Notes: generated from the sequence alone by a model not told the origin. A DNA stretch of 64,000 bases from a virus (IMGVR_UViG_3300003690_003261:6955-70954), one strand, 5' to 3'; counted from the first letter of the stretch, positions 8,222-17,672 are shown. Translations and numbers: made by a program.

Positions 8222-9808
8222 TTATCCTTTTATCAACGCCATATATTCTTGAGTATATACTTCTGCTTGTCCTGTACGTTGATCTTCTTTCGTCATTTTA
8301 TGACCCCGCATTCCCGGTATAGTTGTTGATATGTTAGTTGTAGAAGTTGAAATGGAAGATAAAAATTGTTTACTATACTCTATATCTTTGTGGCTTTCTA
8401 CAATCACTGTATCTCTCACCCAACACCCAATAGCAAATGACATTACCAAATCATCATTATAGCTACGCATCGCCTGGGGCCTTCCTGAATGCCAAATAAA
8501 TGTTTTCATTTCAGAAAGCAGCCGATTAGAGTTAATCTTAATTAGTTTGTTTCTCATAAACTCTTCCATCTTCGCCACAATCAAAGGTCGTGTTTTAGAA
8601 GATGTTGTAAATCCAGGGATTACGTTTGACTGCCACTGGGCCGCGATTGGATCGACGTATTGATGTTCACCTTTGGTTGAATGATATAGGTTAGGATACC
8701 CTTTATCTAAAAGTTTTTTAAGTACTGCATAACCTATATTATTATTTTCTATAACTAACATGGGATTTCCGTACTCGGAAGCCACATTATATAAAATATC
8801 TGCAAAGTCATCAGGGGTTGGTTTTCCTACATACTCAGCCACAACTTCCATTGTGGCAAGTTCAAATATATGAAAAGCACTATTATCTTTGCCATCTCCC
8901 CGCGCAACATCTGCAACAATTAAATAAGGTTTTTCCCCTTCGTGGCGTTTCCAAATCCAATAGTTTCTATCAAAACCAGTTCGGTATTCTGGGGTTGTAG
9001 TCCTCTCTAAATACCACTGAATGTCGTCGGGGTGTATGACGGTTTCGCCGGACACATTAAAGTTACACTCAAGCTCCTGTGCAATCTGGCGCTTCGACAT
9101 ATTCATGGTTTCTTTCTCAAACCACGTCTTGTCTCTGTCGGGGTGAACATCCCATAACAATGTCGTCATATAAAAATCGTTGGTGCCGGCTTCAGCTTCG
9201 ACACAACTTTGATGGAACCAGTTTCCTACGCCGTTCGGAGTTGATAGAGCGATGCAGCGGCCGCCAGTCGATAAAGTAGGATAAAGAGCTGTCCACAACT
9301 CTCCTAACTTTTCAACGTGAGCGGCCTCATCAACAACGAGTAAGGATAGAGCTTCTGAACGTCCAGCATCAGCTGAAGTGGAAGAACTCTTAATCTGTGA
9401 ACCATTAGAAAGTTCAAAAGAGGTTCTGTTATCAACTACAATTTCGGATATGCGCATCCAGCCAGGCAAATGTTTGATAATTGCTTTTACTTTTTTCACT
9501 AAATTGGTGGCAGTTTGCAATTTGGTGGCCACAACAAGAATGTTCTTATCGCGATGAAAAAGCATAAGCCACGCGATATAGGCTGCAGTAATTGTAGATA
9601 TGCCAAGTTGTCGTGCCTTAAGAATAATATTAAAGCGATAATCGCTAAAATCTTTTAATAGATCTTTCTGATAATCATACGCATTAAACGGTATGAGCCC
9701 ACGTTGTGGATGGGAAATCCGACAATAACTTGTCGTAAAATGAACTGGGTCTTTGCCCGCACGGACAATTTCTTTTAATATCTCTTGCTTGGTTAGAGCG
9801 TTCCCCAT
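8222..9808 (-). CDS. Terminase large subunit (T4 gp17-like)
   Basis: Walker A KARQLGIST, Walker B LLVVDEAAH, motif III STPNG, nuclease motifs YLIVADVARGDGKDNSAF and YNDDLVMS. Confidence 0.95.
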   Translation of the reverse strand: MGNALTKQEILKEIVRAGKDPVHFTTSYCRISHPQRGLIPFNAYDYQKDLLKDFSDYRFNIILKARQLGISTITAAYIAWLMLFHRDKNILVVATKLQTATNLVKKVKAIIKHLPGWMRISEIVVDNRTSFELSNGSQIKSSSTSADAGRSEALSLLVVDEAAHVEKLGELWTALYPTLSTGGRCIALSTPNGVGNWFHQSCVEAEAGTNDFYMTTLLWDVHPDRDKTWFEKETMNMSKRQIAQELECNFNVSGETVIHPDDIQWYLERTTTPEYRTGFDRNYWIWKRHEGEKPYLIVADVARGDGKDNSAFHIFELATMEVVAEYVGKPTPDDFADILYNVASEYGNPMLVIENNNIGYAVLKKLLDKGYPNLYHSTKGEHQYVDPIAAQWQSNVIPGFTTSSKTRPLIVAKMEEFMRNKLIKINSNRLLSEMKTFIWHSGRPQAMRSYNDDLVMSFAIGCWVRDTVIVESHKDIEYSKQFLSSISTSTTNISTTIPGMRGHKMTKEDQRTGQAEVYTQEYMALIKG

Positions 9809-9816
9809 AACATTTG

Positions 9817-10368
9817 TTATTTGCCTTTACGAGTGTCGTTAGAAGGACGTTTATTCTTTGGGCCGAGGGCCAACCAATCGCGGACTGCTTTATCAAGACG
9901 ATCCTTATCTGATCCACGTTCCACCCCTATTACCTCTTTAAGACCGCCGATAAGATAATCGCAATGAGCTTGAACATCTGTGCGATAGTTGGACATCCTT
10001 TGAACAAAAATGTGGTGGTCGCCTTCCTTAGTTAAAGTAAGCGTGTTACCGGTGATGGCTTTATATTCTTTCTTCAAGAACTTTATCACTTCTTGTAACT
10101 GACGAGTGACCTCGTCTTCAAAGTCGTTCCGCTGTACTTCTTTGATTCGCGCCTCTGATTGATAAGACAGGCGTAAGAGGGGGCCGTTAAATTTTACCTT
10201 AAATCCATCCATCACGCGCCGATCATTGATATAATGACCTTCTTGTCTTTTCAGACCAGCGTCCCGGGCCTTGGCATCTGCCTGCAGTGATTCCTCGTGC
10301 GCTCCGTCCCAGCCTCCATTGGCGGCCGCCTGAGCAATTCCTTGAATTATTTCTAGTACTGTCGCCAT
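9817..10368 (-). CDS. Hypothetical protein (MATVLEIIQG..., 183 aa)
   Basis: ATG 10368 is preferred because it abuts the upstream stop at 10370. No motif recognised. Confidence 0.6.
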   Translation of the reverse strand: MATVLEIIQGIAQAAANGGWDGAHEESLQADAKARDAGLKRQEGHYINDRRVMDGFKVKFNGPLLRLSYQSEARIKEVQRNDFEDEVTRQLQEVIKFLKKEYKAITGNTLTLTKEGDHHIFVQRMSNYRTDVQAHCDYLIGGLKEVIGVERGSDKDRLDKAVRDWLALGPKNKRPSNDTRKGK

Positions 10369-10369
10369 A

Positions 10370-10756
10370 TTATTTTTCCTTCTCCGGTCTCCAACCAGTT
10401 TGCCATCTATCCTCTCTTCCTTCGACATATTGTACATAACAGCCGAAGCAAGCCTCGAACTTATTCATATACAAATCATCCCGGGGATGAAAAGAATATT
10501 TCTCACAAACCAAGCACGCCCGATTGTGGTCTCTAGTAAGTAGTTTTTTGTTTATTAAAAATCCGTCTTGTTCCACTTTGGTTTGAGCATCTGTCAATTT
10601 AGCAAACTTCTGACGTTCCTCTAAGGACTGGTCAAGGTACTCTTTTTCTTTCTCATCGTTCCAAAAACGCTTTGGATTATTTATAGTTTCCTCTCCATAT
10701 TTTTGAGATATGGCTTTTTCGAGCTTTGCAATATATTGTTGTTTATCTTCTGACAT
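10370..10756 (-). CDS. Hypothetical protein with two CxxC motifs (possible zinc finger)
   Basis: CLVC and CFGC motifs in the C-terminal half. Confidence 0.6.
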   Translation of the reverse strand: MSEDKQQYIAKLEKAISQKYGEETINNPKRFWNDEKEKEYLDQSLEERQKFAKLTDAQTKVEQDGFLINKKLLTRDHNRACLVCEKYSFHPRDDLYMNKFEACFGCYVQYVEGREDRWQTGWRPEKEK

Positions 10757-12624
10757 TATACTACAGTACTATACTCTCCACCGGGATTAAAATAAATGGT
10801 TGAATTACTAGCGTTGGTACAATGTCCAACTATTCTCACAATATCACCGGAGGTGTTGGGCTTTGTCAGGGTCATCGCGCCAGCAGTGGTAGACATGAAG
10901 ACAGCCGCCCCGGGGGAGGGCTCATCCAACAAGCCGGTATCATTGTTGAAAAACCCATCAAGCATAAGCCCCGCAGCTACACTGGCACCCAGAGCGATCG
11001 CCAGAAGGCCTGTAGATTTAGAGTCATCAGCGTCGGCCCGATACCAGAAACCATCGGTGTCCAGCTCCAGTAAGTAGCCGGCCGAAATCGTCACGCCGTC
11101 GCCTAGAGCGCCAAATGTTACAATAGTTCCGGTGCCCGTGTCATTATCAAGACCAGTAGGATCTGATACTGAGTTGAGGCCCTCGTCATTAAAGCCCAAT
11201 GAATTGGTGCCATCTGTGAAGTTAAAGGCACCAGCCCCGTCAATTGAAAGAGTGTTGGTGCCGTCTCCGACACTAAACGCGCCGGTGCTAGAATCATATA
11301 TAAAGTTACTATTAGTTGCCATAGAACCACCAGTACTGGTATGAACAACGGCCTTACTAGTAGAAAGGCCCGTAACTGTAAGGGCGCCGGTACCTGCTTC
11401 GGCACCTTCCACAGTCAAGGTGCCCCCATCAAACGTAAGATTCTCCTCCCCCTGAACTGTGCTAGAATTTACTGAAGTTATAATTCTCGTCGCGCCGGGG
11501 GTGTTATATGTTTCAATGGCGCCGCCGCCAGTTGCGGCCGTTGTCATCGAGGTATCGTCAGAAAAAGTAATCTTGGGAGTTCTCAAGCTGGCGGTTACTT
11601 CGCCCCCTCCGCCGCCGCCGTTGATAGTAACGTCAGCAACCGTCAGCACCCCAGTGGTATTGAGGAAGTTTAAACTGCTATTGCCAATGATGTTGTTGGT
11701 GCCACCGCCCCATGTAGGAACTTCGCCCTCCACGCCGGAACCTACGCCTGGGTAAACCAAGCCTGTCAAGCCGCCCCCAGCGCCAGTATAAGAGCCAGCA
11801 TCCATTGTACCATCGCTAGACATTGTGCAGGTTCCGCCATTGCCCGCAACCACGATCGACGAGTTCGCCCCTTCCGCCTTCGGAGAGGTTATAGTACACG
11901 AACCGAGTCCATTACCACTAATCTGGCAACTTGCATTACCCAGCGCGTCGACGGTGCTGATTACAGTACCGCCGCCGGGGAATGTGATTTCCTCGGTGGC
12001 GTCATCTGCATCTGCCGTGACTCCCCAGCAGCCACCGGAGGGGTAATCAACGCTGGCATCAGCGCCGTCATCGTCGCCGGCGGCTTCGAAGCCTATTCCG
12101 TCGTCCAGCTTGCCTACGAAGATCCCGCCGCCGCCGGTCGAATCGTCGCCACCGGTGACGATGACGGTGCCGTCCCCGGTGCCGCCGTCGAGGGTGGCGT
12201 CGGCGCCCGTGTCGTCGACAAAGTCGGTGATACAGCCTCCATCATCGCCGGGGGTGTCGATGCTGTCGGTGCAACTGTCTGGAGTGCAGGTACAAGTGCA
12301 ATCAGCGCCGTCCTCGCCGTCTTCGCCCGGTTGCGTGATTATGATGGTGGTGGTGGTTCCCGGGTCGCCCGTGGGTCCAGGGGGGCCCTCTAAGCTTAAA
12401 CCTCCATCACCATCATAGGTAAACCCTGGATCGCAGCCCCAATAGCCCTCGGAGCCCGGAGTTGGAGGCTCCCAAAAAGGTACAGAACCGGTGACATGGC
12501 AAGCCGAGCCGCTAAAGCAATCGCCGCACCCCTTCATCGACCATAGGGGATGAGGGTAGTAGCGCTTAAGCCACGCCAGAAGAGCCTGAGGGCTATAAAC
12601 AGCATCAATGGGTCTACTGACCAT
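10756..12624 (-). CDS. Gly/Thr/Asp-rich fibre or head-decoration-like protein (622 aa)
   Basis: Short collagen-like stretches (GPPGPTGDPG, GEDGEDG), Gly-rich beta repeats, and a C-terminal module (GLLAIALG...GAAVFMSTTAGAMTLTKP..SGDIVRIVGH) of the type seen in virion fibre/decoration proteins. Confidence 0.65.
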   Translation of the reverse strand: MVSRPIDAVYSPQALLAWLKRYYPHPLWSMKGCGDCFSGSACHVTGSVPFWEPPTPGSEGYWGCDPGFTYDGDGGLSLEGPPGPTGDPGTTTTIIITQPGEDGEDGADCTCTCTPDSCTDSIDTPGDDGGCITDFVDDTGADATLDGGTGDGTVIVTGGDDSTGGGGIFVGKLDDGIGFEAAGDDDGADASVDYPSGGCWGVTADADDATEEITFPGGGTVISTVDALGNASCQISGNGLGSCTITSPKAEGANSSIVVAGNGGTCTMSSDGTMDAGSYTGAGGGLTGLVYPGVGSGVEGEVPTWGGGTNNIIGNSSLNFLNTTGVLTVADVTINGGGGGGEVTASLRTPKITFSDDTSMTTAATGGGAIETYNTPGATRIITSVNSSTVQGEENLTFDGGTLTVEGAEAGTGALTVTGLSTSKAVVHTSTGGSMATNSNFIYDSSTGAFSVGDGTNTLSIDGAGAFNFTDGTNSLGFNDEGLNSVSDPTGLDNDTGTGTIVTFGALGDGVTISAGYLLELDTDGFWYRADADDSKSTGLLAIALGASVAAGLMLDGFFNNDTGLLDEPSPGAAVFMSTTAGAMTLTKPNTSGDIVRIVGHCTNASNSTIYFNPGGEYSTVV

Positions 12625-13102
12625 CTGTCACAATCTCCGTTGAAATAGCAAAAATACCCAATGACGTAAGGGTGCCAATTCCAAACCCCAGAGCAACCAT
12701 CCACGGATCCTTGTTTGGGTTTTGCTTAAGAATGAGTTTTTCCAAACGATCATTTTCAGCAATTTTAAGAATCATCATCGATTCGTATCGATCCTTCCAT
12801 GATTGAATTTCAATATCTTTATAATCCAATTGTAGCTGGAACCTCTCGCTTTGAATGTGTAACTCATAGCTGATGCGCAAGTCACATGAGGCATCTTCAA
12901 ACTTTTTCTCAACCGCAATCTTGGCGGCCGCATCAAACGATAGTAATACGCCGTCAAATGGCGCGGGGTCGCCTGTTTCTAATGGTACAACGTCATAAGA
13001 AATGTCTTCAGTTTCTTCTTCAACTTCTTCTTCAGCGGCGACTAAATATGATGGGAATAATAAAAATGAAATTAAATAAAGTGATAATATTTTTTTAACC
13101 AT
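12614..13102 (-). CDS. Signal peptide + coiled coil + C-terminal TM protein; spanin-like candidate
   Basis: N-terminal hydrophobic signal ending LVA-A, GDPAPFDGVLL motif, central helix and C-terminal TM (WMVALGFGIGTLTSLGIFAIS). No lipobox Cys. Confidence 0.5.
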   Translation of the reverse strand: MVKKILSLYLISFLLFPSYLVAAEEEVEEETEDISYDVVPLETGDPAPFDGVLLSFDAAAKIAVEKKFEDASCDLRISYELHIQSERFQLQLDYKDIEIQSWKDRYESMMILKIAENDRLEKLILKQNPNKDPWMVALGFGIGTLTSLGIFAISTEIVTDGQ

Positions 13103-13511
13103 GCTCTAATCCGTATAACTTCGCGATCTCTCTAGATAATCTTTCGGGATCATTATAACTTTCATCAACAAGTTTTTTAAGTTCTGCTTTTTTTGTCTTA
13201 TCTAGGTCTTCATCTCTGGTTTTAAATTCTTCTTCTAACTCGGCCACGCGTTTGTGATATTCTTCTAGACGTACGTTTTTCTCTGTGACCTCTGTGTTGT
13301 GAACGTGGGCCAACGTTTCCATTTCTGCGTCATGGGCGTCTCTTTTGATTTCCATCAAGTCTACAAGCGATGCCACAAAGGCTCCGTTCCTCGTCACCAA
13401 CCACAGAAGTATCGCTATAATTAGGCCCAAGGCCAATACAAGAGCCCACCAAAACTTTTTGGCATAAAGCCATATTTTTTTGGCAACTAATTTTACTTTC
13501 AGACCTGTCAA
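13095..13511 (-). CDS. N-terminal TM + coiled-coil protein; i-spanin (Rz)-like
   Basis: TM FWWALVLALGLIIAILLWLV followed by a charged coiled coil; sits next to the holin-like gene. Confidence 0.55.
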   Translation of the reverse strand: MTGLKVKLVAKKIWLYAKKFWWALVLALGLIIAILLWLVTRNGAFVASLVDLMEIKRDAHDAEMETLAHVHNTEVTEKNVRLEEYHKRVAELEEEFKTRDEDLDKTKKAELKKLVDESYNDPERLSREIAKLYGLEHG

Positions 13512-13697
13512 TTAATTATGTCCTTTCAAACGAGCGACCGTATCTACAACGGTTTGACCCCCAATATAAACACATGTAATAATTACCCAGTCTGCCGATG
13601 TCAAATCTGCAAACAGTAACAAACATGTTGCTGTTGTCCAAGCTAGCAACTTACGAGATACTAACTTTTGTAACCCTTTATCTACTATGTGTCTCAT
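13512..13697 (-). CDS. Holin-like small two-TM protein (61 aa)
   Basis: LVSRKLLAWTTATCLLLF...WVIITCVYIGGQ pattern with a basic C-terminus. GGAG RBS 9 nt before ATG 13697. Confidence 0.6.
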   Translation of the reverse strand: MRHIVDKGLQKLVSRKLLAWTTATCLLLFADLTSADWVIITCVYIGGQTVVDTVARLKGHN

Positions 13698-13716
13698 GAG
13701 AACCCACTCCTCTATT

Positions 13717-13724
13717 CTAATTAG
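13717..13724. promoter_or_regulatory. Palindromic CTAATTAG between divergent genes; putative bidirectional late promoter
   Basis: Self-complementary copy of the recurring motif, 19 nt from the holin ATG and 15 nt from the J-domain ATG, with an RBS on each side. Confidence 0.5.
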
Positions 13725-13739
13725 GAAGGAATCCGAAGT

Positions 13740-14456
13740 ATGTCTAAACAACTTAAATACAGATTTAAAAAAACTTTAAAAAAAGCAGATTTTGTACACG
13801 CCGATCTAGAGTATCATAAAGAATTGATTCCCGAAGCCCAAAAATTATTCTTCGACACCATCGCTGAGCTAATCGCGGTGTTGCCCGAAGAAGATCAGGA
13901 ACAACTTAAAAAGATCGATCAACACAAACAAGAGATGTTTCAACAACATATTCTCGAAAATATAAACAAACAAAAAGAGGCCGCGGTGATAGAAGAGTCT
14001 CGCGACGTAGAGGAAGGAGGCACCCTAGTCCCAACCGATATAGAGGTTATAGAGAACCCGCAAGAACAGGTTGAGAAAAGAAAACTTATAGAATTAAAAA
14101 AGCTTTTCCATAGAATTGCCGAGCAAACACATCCGGACAAAATGGGAGCTAGTGGCTTCTCCCACCAAGAAATACAGCGTTTAGAAAAAGTATTTAAAAA
14201 AGCGCTTAGCGCCTACCACGAAAACAATTGGTATATCCTTTATTCTATCGCTATAGATTTGGGGCTAGAAATAGGCGGACTCGACCAAGAACACATCGAC
14301 TGGGTAGAAGACGACATAAGAAATACTCTAAGCGAGATTTCCCAAATAGGACGGCTCCTAGCATGGATTTGGTATACGGGCGACCCGGGGGTTCGTGGCG
14401 CAGCCTTAAAAGATTATTTTCAACAAATATACGGAGTTAACTGCCCGGGTTTGTAG
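13740..14456 (+). CDS. Coiled-coil protein with a C-terminal J-domain-like (HPD) module
   Basis: LKKLFHRIAEQTHPDKMG...FKKALSAY matches J-domain helix II-HPD-helix III. AGGAAGGA RBS. The only credible plus-strand gene. Confidence 0.7.
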   Translation: MSKQLKYRFKKTLKKADFVHADLEYHKELIPEAQKLFFDTIAELIAVLPEEDQEQLKKIDQHKQEMFQQHILENINKQKEAAVIEESRDVEEGGTLVPTDIEVIENPQEQVEKRKLIELKKLFHRIAEQTHPDKMGASGFSHQEIQRLEKVFKKALSAYHENNWYILYSIAIDLGLEIGGLDQEHIDWVEDDIRNTLSEISQIGRLLAWIWYTGDPGVRGAALKDYFQQIYGVNCPGL

Positions 14457-14457
14457 C

Positions 14458-17400
14458 CTATTGGGCCACGCGAGCATAATCTCCTGATTTATCAATTGAA
14501 ATTTCAACGTCAACAACATCTTTCAAAGAATCTAAATGAGAAATCAAAATAACTGTTTTAAAATACATCTTGATTAACTGAAGAATTCGGACAAACCCTT
14601 CCATATTTTCAGCATCAAGAGCAGTGCCAGGCTCATCAAGAATAAATATATTTCCCTTGGGCAGAGAGGAAACAGATAACAAAGCCAAACGAATTGCCAT
14701 GGCTGACACGGTCTTTTCGGCTCCCGATCCCATTTCGATTGGGCGGGGCTCATGCTTGGGGTGCTTAATCAAGATGTCCAGTTTTCGACCATCTTCTTGA
14801 AAGAAGACCTCAAAGTCAACAATATTAGAAATCACTTTGGCAATTTCTTCATTTATGACGGGCAATCTCTTTTTAATAATATCGTAGGCAATACCATTCG
14901 AATGAGTGCACCGCATAAATAAATCGTAAGCGGTGTACTCCTGTCGAATATCGAGAAGTTCCGATTTCTTTTCATTTAAATCGTCAACCTTCTGTTCTAA
15001 AGAACCAATCAAACGATGATTTTGATTTATTTCTTCTTCACCATTCACAAGAGATTCTTTTAATAAATCAGTTTTTTGCTGCACTTCGTTTCGCGATGTA
15101 ATAAGCTTCTCTATATTCTGAATTAGTTCTTTCTTTTCCTCATACAAAGCAATTTTTTCATTGGTCTCGGTTAACTCATTCTTATAATTCTTGATTTTTG
15201 CATATAGTTTTTCGATCGAAACTTTATTATCTCTCTTTTCTATCTCAAGATTATTCTTTTGAATTATAATACCATTATATTTATCAATTAAATCAACGAG
15301 TTCCATAGAATTCACAGAGATAATTTTTGTCTTATAATCTTTGGCTTTTTCAATCTCATCAATAATCTCTACTTCTAACGAGGGCAGCTCCACTGCGGCC
15401 AAATGTGCATCACGGATGAATTGACACATGGGAAATTGATCCCCGCACGGCACCTCATCCAGCAAGCGCAATTTCTTGCTCATTCCTTTATAATCATTAT
15501 CAAGCAATCTGGCTGCGGTTATGGTATCATCATAGTTCTTCTTGAAAGTGTCGTATTCTTTCTTTTGCTCTAGCAAATCTTCAACATCAATCGTCGTAAG
15601 AAAATCATCATATTCTTTTAACTGTTCCTCGTATACACTATTTTCTTCTTTAAGTTCCACCACATTTATATTTGTGTGCTCAACTTTGTTTTGTGTCTCC
15701 GTGCGACTTTCCACCAACATCTTAATATCAAGGCGCTCCGCCGGAATGGAATCAATTTGTTGAGTTAGTGACATATATTCTTCTTCGGCAATCCCCATTT
15801 CTTGTCGCAGTGAGCCGCATGCAACTATTTCTTGCTGTAGTTGTTTCCGAGCTTCGTCTCTATGAAGTTCGGCAATCGCTATATCCTCGTCATAGTTGAT
15901 CTCTCCGACGCGACGAAGAAGGGCTTTTAAGTCGGCGCAGTCCTCTTGGGCCAACTTAAACTTCCGCTCAAAGATGTCTAAATCCAGGAACTTAGCTAAG
16001 ATTTCTTTCCGGCGAGTCGACCCCTCTTTAATAAACGCCAAACTATCGAGTTGGCTGGCCATAGAAGTCAAAAGGAAGTCTTCTACCGTACCAAATCTCT
16101 TGCGAATATGGGCGTCCGTCTCATTCCTGGTGGTACCGTTAAGACTTACTGTCTCTCCTGAAACGGGATCAACACCACTAAAATCTAAATTGGTCCTCGC
16201 TTCATTGGTCACAACACCTTTGAGCTTCTTTACATATTTTTCAGAAGTTCTTTCAATTGTGTATACTTTGTCTCCGACTTGTACTTCAATGAGGCCGCGG
16301 CAATCTTTTTTATTCTGGTTAATAATATTGTAATTTTTGCGTTCGTTCTTTGATGTCGTGTTGAACATCGTGTATAACAGGCCATCGATAATACTCGACT
16401 TTCCTGAAAAGTTTTTTCCAAAAATGCCCACAATCCCATTTAAATTGGAAAAGTCGACGCTGTTATCAGCCCCATAATTAAATAAATTATCCCATTCAAA
16501 CCTGTTTAGATTCCAATTAATATTCCTAGCTATTTCCTCAGTCTCTTCAATTTGCGAATTATACTTTCGATTCAGATTAAATACTCGTTGTAGGGTGTCT
16601 TCGCTGGGCGTGTAGTCCGTAAGGTACTCGCGAATAAGGTTTTCCTGAACGCCCTTGTCCCTTAGATTCTCGACCTTAAATCCTGCACCAATCTCAACAG
16701 TGCCGCGCTCGCCGGCGGCGCGATTGAGAAAAGTGATACTCTCGGGATTAAACCTATGCTTGGCCACCTCAACTGCCTTACGCATCACATCAAGCGGCAA
16801 GTTGTTATTACTTACTAAGCGCAAACGTGCGCCGTCAGGAACCTTAGTCCCGCGGGGCATTCGTCCCTTTGGTGTAAGTTCTATTGTTACGAATGGCTTT
16901 GGGTTGAGCAATACATGGTGCCTCACTTCAAATGTATTTTTATCTTCGATCTCCCAAATCAAGAATCCTTTATCATTGGTCTCGCCATGATTCTGTTGAA
17001 CTGTGGAGCCAGCGTATCTTACGCGACCTTCGGTATCCAAGATCTGGTTTGTCTTGTGAATATCCCCCAACAAAGCATAATCGTGGCCCCCAAAGATTCC
17101 CACGTCATGGTCACCCCGGGTCATCACCCAACCGGTGTCGGTCTTCACACCAGACACAGATCCGTGATAAAGGGCGATGTTGATTCTATCAGGGTCACTC
17201 GGCATCACCCAGTTCTCTTCGTCAAAAACCGAGAGCACGTTGAAGGCGATGTGCGGCCCTACAAGGACTTCTCCTGCGTTCTTAAGCAGATGTAGGTCCG
17301 GTAGGTTCAAAGCCTTCACAATGGGCGACAGGGCGTCCTGACGGGTACTATTGCGTAAGTTGCCGTCGTGGTTGCCCAAGATGATGTAGGTGGGTGCGAT

Positions 17401-17610
17401 GGAGGCAAGATTTGCGAAGAAGTCGGAGCAAAGCTCAACGAACTCTGGTGAAATTTGGGTCTTGGTATGGGCGATGTCGCCGCAATGTACGATGTAGTCT
17501 ACGTTTTCTTTTCGTAGTGTTTCGTATAGTTGCTCGAAAACAATCTTATACTCGTAGTGAAACTTTAAATTCTTTATGTGGGTGTCCGCAATATGCGCTA
17601 TTTTGTACAC
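14458..17610 (-). CDS. Fused SbcD/Mre11 nuclease and SbcC/Rad50 ATPase (T4 gp47+gp46-like), 1050 aa
   Basis: Phosphoesterase motifs IADTH, HCGD, GNHD and GDIH. Walker A GKNFSGKSS, coiled coil, signature MGSGAEK, Walker B ILDEPGTALD, H-loop ISH. GTG start. Confidence 0.92.
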   Translation of the reverse strand: MYKIAHIADTHIKNLKFHYEYKIVFEQLYETLRKENVDYIVHCGDIAHTKTQISPEFVELCSDFFANLASIAPTYIILGNHDGNLRNSTRQDALSPIVKALNLPDLHLLKNAGEVLVGPHIAFNVLSVFDEENWVMPSDPDRINIALYHGSVSGVKTDTGWVMTRGDHDVGIFGGHDYALLGDIHKTNQILDTEGRVRYAGSTVQQNHGETNDKGFLIWEIEDKNTFEVRHHVLLNPKPFVTIELTPKGRMPRGTKVPDGARLRLVSNNNLPLDVMRKAVEVAKHRFNPESITFLNRAAGERGTVEIGAGFKVENLRDKGVQENLIREYLTDYTPSEDTLQRVFNLNRKYNSQIEETEEIARNINWNLNRFEWDNLFNYGADNSVDFSNLNGIVGIFGKNFSGKSSIIDGLLYTMFNTTSKNERKNYNIINQNKKDCRGLIEVQVGDKVYTIERTSEKYVKKLKGVVTNEARTNLDFSGVDPVSGETVSLNGTTRNETDAHIRKRFGTVEDFLLTSMASQLDSLAFIKEGSTRRKEILAKFLDLDIFERKFKLAQEDCADLKALLRRVGEINYDEDIAIAELHRDEARKQLQQEIVACGSLRQEMGIAEEEYMSLTQQIDSIPAERLDIKMLVESRTETQNKVEHTNINVVELKEENSVYEEQLKEYDDFLTTIDVEDLLEQKKEYDTFKKNYDDTITAARLLDNDYKGMSKKLRLLDEVPCGDQFPMCQFIRDAHLAAVELPSLEVEIIDEIEKAKDYKTKIISVNSMELVDLIDKYNGIIIQKNNLEIEKRDNKVSIEKLYAKIKNYKNELTETNEKIALYEEKKELIQNIEKLITSRNEVQQKTDLLKESLVNGEEEINQNHRLIGSLEQKVDDLNEKKSELLDIRQEYTAYDLFMRCTHSNGIAYDIIKKRLPVINEEIAKVISNIVDFEVFFQEDGRKLDILIKHPKHEPRPIEMGSGAEKTVSAMAIRLALLSVSSLPKGNIFILDEPGTALDAENMEGFVRILQLIKMYFKTVILISHLDSLKDVVDVEISIDKSGDYARVAQ

Positions 17611-17636
17611 GTAGTTATCCCCTATGCTATGATACT

Positions 17637-17664
17637 AGTATACAGGGTGTGTGGGTGGTGTCAA
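17637..17664 (-). promoter_or_regulatory. Sigma70-type promoter TTGACA-N16-TATACT upstream of the sbcCD-like gene
   Basis: Perfect -35 (17664-17659) and a 5/6 -10 (17642-17637) in the 62-nt intergenic gap. Confidence 0.75.
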
Positions 17665-17672
17665 GTGTTATT

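Noticed and set aside
1885-12624. RP(V/I)DA near the start of both fibre modules (DRPVDA at about 1890, SRPIDA at about 12610)
   Set aside because: Five residues is too short to distinguish from chance.
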